Shown piece after piece: positions 1 to 9,800 of a stretch of DNA of 64,000 nt. Location: NCBI RefSeq assembly GCF_021869535.1, contig NW_026262604.1, positions 24,924,001 through 24,988,000 on the forward strand, given 5' to 3'. Made by a program: the position numbers and the translations under genes. Numbering within the stretch: the stretch's first letter is position 1; every line of letters starts with the position of its first letter. The notes under the pieces are model-generated. The model did no database searches and was not told the DNA's origin. It saw only the letters and a program-made list of their open reading frames with translations. Origin of the DNA: Mytilus californianus. Its lineage: Eukaryota.

Positions 1-544
1 CAAAGAATAAATAACGTCTTTAAATCAACTAGTCAGTGCTAAAATATCATACAATTCAGTTTTGTCCAACCAATTTACACCAATATCATTTATTTGGTTT
101 TTTTCTTTGAAATTCTTTTATTGTTTTAATTTTTCAATTTAAGTGTTAATGAATTTGCTTCAAAACCATTCAGTTGTTGGACAACTGCATTTAAACCAGT
201 ATATTAGAACCTTTCATGACGGAGGTAATAGTTGGATTGTGCTTCTTTTTTTTTTCGAAAAATATAATCTAACAGTGAAAACCATGTTATCATCAAAATC
301 ATGAAATGCAGGTGATCTATAATCCACAACCAAAACATAATGACAAATTGATACTGACTAGAATTTAAAGAAATAATTGCCACGAATTGATAATAAATTA
401 AGTCCATGACGAATGACCTACTGGAATCGTTTGAAGTAAGTAATCATCACAAATCACAAGTATTATTTCAGTATTATTTTTTCTCTAATGATGATGTCTT
501 ATTCAACGCTGCTAACAATGGCAGTAATAGTGACAGTCTAATAA

Positions 545-778
545 AGGGGAGGCAAAAGATACCAAAGGGACATTCAAATTCATAGGTCGAGAATAAACTG
601 AATACGCCATAGCTAAAAAAGGAAAAGATCAACAGACAAACAACAGTACACATAACACAACATACAAAAGTAAAGACTGAGCTACACGAACCCCACCAAA
701 ACTGGGTCTGATCGCAGGTGCTCCGGAAGAATAAGCAGGTCGCTCCACATGTGGTTCCCGTCGTGTTGCTCATATTAG
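545..778 (-). mobile_element. Short terminal fragment of an abundant Penelope-like retroelement family
   Basis: Matches the 3' end of the RT-bearing copy at 56488-56967 (gagcacctgagatcacc / ctttcgcccctctt motifs). Confidence 0.7.
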
Positions 779-799
779 TAATAAACCTCTTTATTTCAG

Positions 800-879
800 T
801 TGCAATAATTTGTCTAGACTGTAGAGGTTTACCTCAGCCATACGACTGTACAATTGTTACTGAGTGTAGTACAAACGAG
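800..879 (+). CDS. Gene A exon a, LU1 N-terminal part: AIICLDCRGLPQPYDCTIVTECSTNE
   Basis: ttatttcag|...|gtatta, phase 1-0, 80 nt like B 21665-21744, CxxC start typical of LU domains. Confidence 0.9.
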
Positions 880-3800
880 GTATTATGATATGTTTTTTTT
901 TTCATCAAATACTGTAAAAATTAAAAGCAGAACATTATAAATGTCATGCATCCGAAGCGCTTTCATTGATTTACCTTCATTAGGAACGCTCAAAGCCGAA
1001 TATTTGAAAGCCAAGGATGAATAAAAACAATAAAGTCAAATCTTTCTAAGGTCAACTTTGCCTGCGGGATTCATCTTTGAACTGATTTACAGCTTTACTT
1101 TTTCTCAACGACCATTGGTTCCTTTTGATAACATTTTCTATCGATAATCATGCAGATCAATAATCTTTGTCATTTCAGTCTCTGTGTAATTGAGGTCATT
1201 GTTTTAATTTATATGCATTACAAATGCGTGAAACCCATCTTCTATTCGAATTTTAAATACAGAATTAAAATTATTACCGTGTTTGTACTTTCATAAACAA
1301 AACAACATGTGCCAAATGGAGAAGATCTGTTTACCCTTGCTGAGAACATCCCCGGTTTTTGGTGGAGTTTGTGTTGCTTAGTCGTTAGTTTTATACGTAA
1401 TGTTTTGTAGGCTGTTGTTTGTCTATTGTTTGTCTTTTGTTTGTTTTTTGTTTGTTTATTTGCCATGGCATTGTCAGTCCGTTTACTACTATAAATTTGG
1501 TATATTCCGCCTGATGATTCTTCTAAAACAAAAATGATGATTTGAATCCTATCACAATATGTTATATTTTAAGTCAATTGAAATTTTGATGGTTTAATAT
1601 AATGCTTAATACGTCTGTCAACAATGTACATATATTCTGGTATACCGTTATTTCTCCGCACGTTCGTCTCGTGTTAACATGTCGCGCACCAATTTGCGTT
1701 TGTCTAGTTCGATCTCCTACTATCTTATGGAAATTATAAAGAAAGGGTCAGCGGGTCGGTATTCTTTTGATGATATTTACTTTGTTAACAGAAGACGAGT
1801 AGAATTATAATTTAAAAAGTATCTTACCAATTTTCGTGAGCGCGACAAACATAAGGGTCAATAATTATTTATATGTTAACTAAGTCAAGTTACCAATAAG
1901 TGATTTACTTACTTTTTTACCAAGTTATTCAGTAAGGTTTCTGGAGGTCTGTGTACTATTTCACGATTTTCAATTTTATTTTTCTGATGTTAAAAAATGC
2001 TCAGATGATGATTGGCGAGGACGAGCGTATCAAGCCCTCGTGGTCTTGCTGTTTGTAAAAATGGATTATTTTATTGAAAATTTAATTATGCCAGATTCTT
2101 TGTGTATCATGGACAAACTTAAATGTTTATTTACAAAGGATTAACATATATTTGTTAAAAGGTTTTAAAAAAATAATAAAACTATACTCCTCAACATAAC
2201 AATATGTAATTTAGTGTAACAAAGATAATAAACCAGAAGGTTCAATGTAAATCTACGCAAAAAAAATATTTAAAATGTATTTTTGCAATTTTGGAATTTT
2301 TTTAGTTTTATTATTAAAATATATGTTGCTAATCTAAACTTACTCAGTATATATTGGAAACCTGGGCACTTTTTTCAAAGGTGAGTGAATGAATTTTTAT
2401 CAACCACAAATAATTTCACATCGGTAGTTATAATTTTTATTGCACAGAAATTCAATGTCATTACAGTACAATAATCGTCTATATAGTTATTACCTGTATG
2501 AACTTTTGTACAAAAAATGACTCAACTTTTACAATTTCATATGCAAACTATTTATAAAAAATTGACAACTAATAATTTGCTGTTATGAAACACTTTTACA
2601 GAGAAAAGGGTGATAAAAATCATTAAACAATTTGGCTTGTAAGTTGATTTAACATGATTTTCAGTACTTAAATGAGTATGTTACACATCATTAACATGTC
2701 TGTGATAAAAGTTTGGGTAAAAACCTAGGGCTACTATGACAACGTTTGACGATTAAGATATTGAAACTTACATGTACGTATAACAATCTATAGCTTCCAA
2801 CTTTTAGTCTGTAACCGTTTCAGGTCTGTTATATAGAGAGATGTGAAACCAGTAACGGACTAAAATCATGGCATTTATACAATGTTGGCTGCAAATCACT
2901 CAATGTAAGTAACCGTTCACCAATGTCAGCTTGGATGTATGTTTATAAGATAGATTTCAGGGACTGTTTTTCTTTCATTTATATTTTCTATTGTTCCCTT
3001 AGGTGTCATCTTTCCCTTTTGTTATATATCATAATGAAATGGTGATTCCCTTAATTATAGGTAACCGTGTTTCATTATAGGATGATTTATTTTATGTCGT
3101 AAATGATTTATCAAGAAGGTTAACATGCAGTGTAAGTCATTTAAACAGAAATACAACGAAACAAAACACATTTAAGAGGTCAATATATGGTCTTCATCAA
3201 AAGGCAACTGTTGTCAAGCTCTGAATTGCCCTGAATCTAGAAATTGTATCAATAGTTTCATCGGCGACAACAAGATATGCACTTAACACTTTTGACCTAA
3301 ATACATACTTTGGCGGCTTTGCTAGCCCAAAAATTTTTTTTCATTTCTTTCAGTGTAATAAAAAGGGTTTATAGAACAATGTAAAATAACAATCAGTTCA
3401 GAAGAAGCAAGTAAATAAATTACATCAAAACAAAAATTCAGAAACACAGCTGGTACAAGCAAACTACAAATAGAAATAACTACATTAAGAATACTGGTAG
3501 CATTAAAAGCATTTAAAAAATGCTTTACCCGATGAAGTGTTTTGACTTTTCATGTCGTTAGATTTCTATCTTTTTTTATTCATTATTTTTAATATCTAAG
3601 TTTTGCAGCTCATCAGGTCCACTTTTACCAGTAGTCGGCAAACGGAGTGCCAGGAAACGCATTGATAGGACAATATGTCATGAATGCTGTAATGACAGGA
3701 ATATCTGTAATTTGGAAGGACATTGTGGTTCTGCAAGTATGCTATTCTTCTAAAATATTTAATTGTTATCGAATCCAAAAATAATATACAAATGTGGACA

Positions 3801-6800
3801 TTCTGTAATAATGAAAAAATGCATATGCAGGTTAGATAAATATCTAATACTTACAGGAGAAGGATAAGGTAGAGCTTAATTCATCCTCAATTTTTTTCGT
3901 TTCTTATTGTTGATTATCTGTATGATTCAAACCCGAATGGCTGACTTGTTAATAAAAATATGTTCTTCATAGAACGTATCCATCCGGCAGTAACAACCAT
4001 GCTCAACAGACGCGTCTATTTGGCTATGCGGGATGTAGAAACTCGCAACCACTGCCATGCGGAATGGGGCGTCAAGTTGGATGTCTCGTGTAAGAAAGTG
4101 CCACGCACAATGTACACAAGAAATCCTTGTAACAACTCTTTGAGGGGTAAGTTTGTGGTCTGTTGCAAAGCGAAATTACCGTCTCTATATAACATACCTT
4201 ATCTTTTCTGTGACTCAATTTTCAAAACCTACCTTTTGTATAATTTGTAAGATTGTTGTCTTCAATATGTACGAAATAGTTGTCACTGGGCGTAAAGCAA
4301 CCAACACACAATTAGTTAATCATTTAATGTGTATAGGAATAACTGTATGATTGTTAATAATTATTTTAAGTCTGTTGTGTTTTTTTTTTATTTAATGCAT
4401 GTTTGCACAGTAATTCCAATTATTGTCACATTAACCTTTAATGTTTGTTTTGATTGTTCACCCAATTCTGTGAATATAACAAAACAATAAACGTCTGTCA
4501 TACAAATGGCAGGTTTAGCTAGGTATAAAACCAGGTTTATTCCACCATGCTCTTCGGAAAATGTCAGTACAAATGCAGAAATATGACAGTTGTTTTTCAC
4601 TCTTTCCGTTGGTTGATAGCAATTGATTTTCTCAGTTTTTATAGAGTTTCCCTTTTTGATCATTTTCCCTTGGAGAACCAGATTTTTGTTATACTTTATC
4701 TTAATTCATTGACGCTTTTTTCCCCATAGTACCTTTGATCGATCGACTGGCTGTTATCTGCTTAACGTTAATGTTTTTAGAAAATAAGAGCATGATGGAT
4801 AGTAACATTAGTTTTCATTGCAACAGGCCACATAGGGATACAACAAATAGTTATTGCAAAGGTTTTCAACGTGTGAAGACGGAAAACCATCCTTTCACCG
4901 CACGTGCTTGAGTGTTCATACATCCCGCAAGCCTAATAAACGCGCCTCTTTAATTGCTATAGCATACCTTTTATAAGTTTTATTTTTTTTATTCGAGCGT
5001 GAGTCTTTTGTAGACGAAACGCGCGTCTGGCATACACAATTTAATCCTGGTATCTATGATGAGATATATACCTCCTCAATTGGCACTAGAAGGTGTGAAT
5101 ATGCTCGAAATTGGTCAGACCATGATTGATAGTATTTAAACCCCTCGGCATTAAATCTTAATTACTAAAATATAAGAAGATGTTGTATAATTGCCAATAA
5201 GACAACTCCTCACCAGAGACCAACTAACGTAGAAGTCAGTAACTTTATGTCACCGTTTCTATGAAGAGTTATGTTGACGAAAAACGCGTCTGGCGTATTA
5301 CATTATAAGCCTGGTATGATGAGTTTTTTCTACCTAAGGCTATACAACAATTAACGGTAAGTCTATAGTCTTTATTTAGACAATTAATACATTATTACAC
5401 ATGCTTTAGATTTTACGAAGCCGTTTGGTTCGACTTTATGCTATGACTGTCCTTTCAGTAGATATCCAAACTCTTGTAACCATTTGACCTTATGTGATAG
5501 AGATTCGGTGAGTTTTTTTGCTAAATATTGGCCCTAAGTTCCCATAAGGGAACAATCTATACAGTAGCCAATAAACAAACAAGATTTAAATAATAGTCTT
5601 TTGACTGTAATTTTTCAGTTGATAATCAATGTAATTGTACTTAAACAGGAAGTCTTAATTATACTTTGTTGATTATACTATCAAGGTCTTTTTGGTGTTT
5701 ACGAAAATAAACATCTATCTTTTCAGTAAACACTGATTAATATATTTGTTATGTCTTTTCCGTTTATACCTCTAACTTTACAGTATTACACTGATTAATA
5801 TTTTTGTTACGTCTTTTCTGTTTAGACATCTAACTTTATAGTATATACTGATTGATATATTTGTTACGTCTTTTCCGTTTAGACATCTAACTTTTCAGAA
5901 CACATTGGCCATTTTGAGATTATCTATTCTTAAAAAGTGTATGGTATCTTTTATTGATATCTATAAGTTTGGACTACTACTGCTTAAATACTGTACTATT
6001 GACTTTTACTCAACATTTTGTTCTTTTTGTGACAATGCGGAATTATCATATCCAATACCTTTGTTTGCATCTGTTCTTTGATAATAAAAATTCTAGCTGT
6101 TACGCGTTTAATGAAAGAGCATTGTATTGTTTAATTCAGTAACAACCGATAGACTTCCTGTAGGATGAATCATGTGTTATGACTGCCCTCTGGCAGTTGA
6201 TGCTGATGAAGGCAATCATATTTCACTATGTGACCGGGATTCGGTAATGTCTGGGAATAACAATAAAAAATTAGTTTCGAGAAACGTTTTGTTTTTCGTT
6301 GTTTAATTACTGAAAGTCACACAACTGATAATTTAATTCAGCATTTCGCTACGTAGAGTTTTGCATCTTATAACGATAAACACTAGAAAATATCAAATGT
6401 AGATGTGTTTTTATTTCTTGCACTATTGTGTCAATGATGAGTCTTAGAAAAGAGAAGCAAGAGATACCAAAGGGACATTCAAACTTGTAGGTCGAAAACG
6501 AACTGTCAATGCCATGGCAAGCAAAAACGAAAAATTACCAAAAGACAAACAACAGTCTACAAAACACAACATAGAAAAGAATAGCACGAACCTCATCAAA
6601 AACCGAAAGTAATCTCAGGTGATCCGAAATATAAAGCAGATCATGCTCCATATGTGGCACCTTGGGTGATGCTCATGTAAGTACAGATTTGGTGATATGT
6701 GTGATCAGGTAGGTCACATTTTAGGAAAAGAGGACTGGATTGTAAATATGACAATTGGAACATGTAAGTCGACATCTGTGAAATAGATATTAAGTATATT

Positions 6801-9800
6801 TTTTATAGGTATACACTAATTTTGTCTCTGGTGGAAAGTTGTTTTCTTGTGTTATAATTCATTCATTATGGTAATAGTTATACACAGCCTCTTTTGAAGT
6901 CACAGGTGTACACCGCATCTATGAAAGTCATAAGTATACACCAAATTTTCAAGAAGTACGTCATCTCTTATAATCCACGTATATGCAATGTATGCATGAA
7001 CGACAGACGTACAGATAAATAGTCAGATGCAAAACAAAACACCCATTAGACTTCTTTTTCAAAATTGTAAAACAAGTACAACATTAATCTAAGAGATGAA
7101 AGAAATCTTAAAATATAAAAATAAGAGCGCACAAAAGGCTTAAACAAATATTTAGGTATGTAGAATTATGAGTATGTTTAAGTAATCATACCCCTTGTTC
7201 TTAGTCTAAACTTAATAATTTGCCTTTTGTAATATCACAGGCATGCTCTATAAAACAAACACGAAATCTGCTTGGTGAACCTCGTTGGACACATGGTTGT
7301 TCAGAGAAATCGGTATGTTGCATATAGTAAGATTTCAAGGCAACTATTGAAAAAAGGACAGATATGGTAGCGGTGTATCAATTCATGACACAAAATCACT
7401 ACGCGTACATAAAACACGTTAATGTGTGTAGATATATGTACATAACTTGGAATGCATTTATTTGTTTACAAAACAAAGCCAATCTAGTCATGGTTTGTTA
7501 ACGTGACCAGTTATAATAGTAGTTCTAGTTTTCTCTTCCTTTTAAGAGCATGAAAATATTATTTTCTTTTGTTAGACGTCTATGTTTATATATACAAATA
7601 TTTAAAATGCATTCGAGTTATTTGAATTTCCTTCAAACAGTTGAAATTCTCCTGCGTTTCATGAAATAAATATAATTCAACATTCATTTGAAATTTGATT
7701 TTCAAAATCGACTGAAATAATTATTGTTCAAAATTAATACAATACACTATGTACAAAAATAAGTAAAAAAAATGTAAGAAACAATTGTCAATTGACGTTT
7801 AGCAAACATCAATCAATCAATCAATTATAATTATATCAACAGAGCAACACTTTTTTGTGTACTTTTTGATCATCACTGTTGATACAAAATCTTTATAAAT
7901 GCTCTACATTCCTTAAACATACACTAAGACCAAGGCGTCAATTGACTCCTCTGTACTCTGATTTTCACCAAGAACCGCAACAATGATAATTATTGTGGAA
8001 TATTGTTTATTAATAATGTAAATTGTTTATAAATAATGTAAATTGTTTATAAATAATGTAAATTGCTTATAACAGTAAGCCAATAAAATGCAACTTATCA
8101 CGCTCTACGTCAACAATTGATTATTCAGCATTGTGCGCGAAGTAATCCACAGGGAACCTGTTCAATTTGTTGTGACTCGGAATTATGTAACCGTAACTGT
8201 ACCATTCAATCAACAATAGCTCCTCCAACTACAACGACAATTGTACCAACAACGCTTATTCCTCGTAAGTTGTCCAATTAACACGTTTAATAGGTCTTTT
8301 TATAATATATGTTCATGATGTTATAAAATAGGTCATTTTAAATTCATTGATTTAATCATTTGTTGATTGTGTACTGCTAAATGTGGCGTCAGCGATGATG
8401 GAATAGCTGGTAGAGAGTTGGCATTAAATAAAGATTAAATAATACAAAAGGCCGTCAATTAAACTAGCTTTTAAGGCATATTGCTTACACATGTATCAAT
8501 AACACTCCATATTAGAATTACATCAACATAAAAAGACTCTACAGATACACAACATATTTAAAGTTTCAAAATAATTAAAATGATATTACTTTCTGAACTG
8601 GAGTATTTACAGACAAAGCATGTATACACGAGATTGTACGGTACACCTTAATCATTAAACTATCAACTTATCGTAGTCTTTTTTAAAGCTTGTTATTTTG
8701 AGACAGAGGAGCGAACATCATTAATACGTCTTTGAATACTATATGTCATAAAATATAGCATATTGTAAGTTGTCCACCTAAGGATGTTTTTTTTTCGAAT
8801 GATGGTTTGACAATATCTAGGCAAACTTTATCTGTTTTTTCAATTATCTAGAAACGTATTGCTGTTCCTGGTGTCAAGCAATCTAAAATATGATCGCCTT
8901 TTTGATGACATCCCAATAAAAAAATCACAGGAAAGTAATCATAGCTTGCGTCATTGATTATGAAAAAGCAATCAACTGTTAGGGAAGTGTATGAATCGGA
9001 TAGTAATTAGAGAAATAATTTTAATTGTTAATATTATTGTCATTTTTATATGGTTTTCTTTCTTTTTTAGAGACAGCTCCAATTGTACATCAAGTTGTTA
9101 TCAATCCAACAAATATAAGATATGGCGATACAGTGACGATCCAATGCGTTGCCACCGGAAATCCTAGTCCGACAATAGATTTCCTAACACGGGTAAACAC
9201 GTTTTGGCTTTCATCTCAATTTTACATATTAGATATACGCATAGAAGAAACGGAAACCATATATACATTATATTATATTTTTTTCTTCAAAATATTGTAG
9301 GGTGCCTCGGTGACCGAGTATTCTAAGTAGTCTAACTACTATATCACTAGCCTGTCAACACTGAGGTTGTGAGTTCGAATCAAGCACGGGGTAGGTGCAC
9401 TCGGCTTCAATCTTGATTGAATAGAATTGTGAGTTTTCCTACCGAAGGTCGGTGGTTCTCTCTAAATATTGTAGAAGTATTTTCAGAACACGGCAAATTT
9501 ATTATTGTATTAAAATGAAATGTTTGTGTAATGATTGGTAGAATATTGGAATGATAAATAATCATTTCCATTTCAGAATCGTAAGACAACTCGGTTTTAT
9601 TTATAGAAGCACACAAAATATGTTACGATTAACATAAATCATTGATATGGTCATAATTATAAATGTCAACAAAACTTTAAATTTTCCGAAATACTAAGGA
9701 CTTTTTACCCTAGGCATCGATAATCGTAGAGGTAATTGGCAAAACCCTTTTGGACCTTTGGGTCCCTTTTTTCTTTTATAACTTCGTAATTTATTTAGCC

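Noticed and set aside
3003-3060. Exon-like segment (strong AG/GT, phase 0-1, VSSFPFVIYHNEMVIPLII)
   Set aside because: No Cys pattern or counterpart in B or C; inclusion with exon c would frameshift. Likely a cryptic site pair.
6166-6168. In-frame TGA as selenocysteine, or as proof that gene A is a pseudogene
   Set aside because: It aligns to Ser/His rather than Cys in the paralogs and no SECIS is evident. An intact copy of the same exon exists at 5410-5507, so gene A keeps an open frame.
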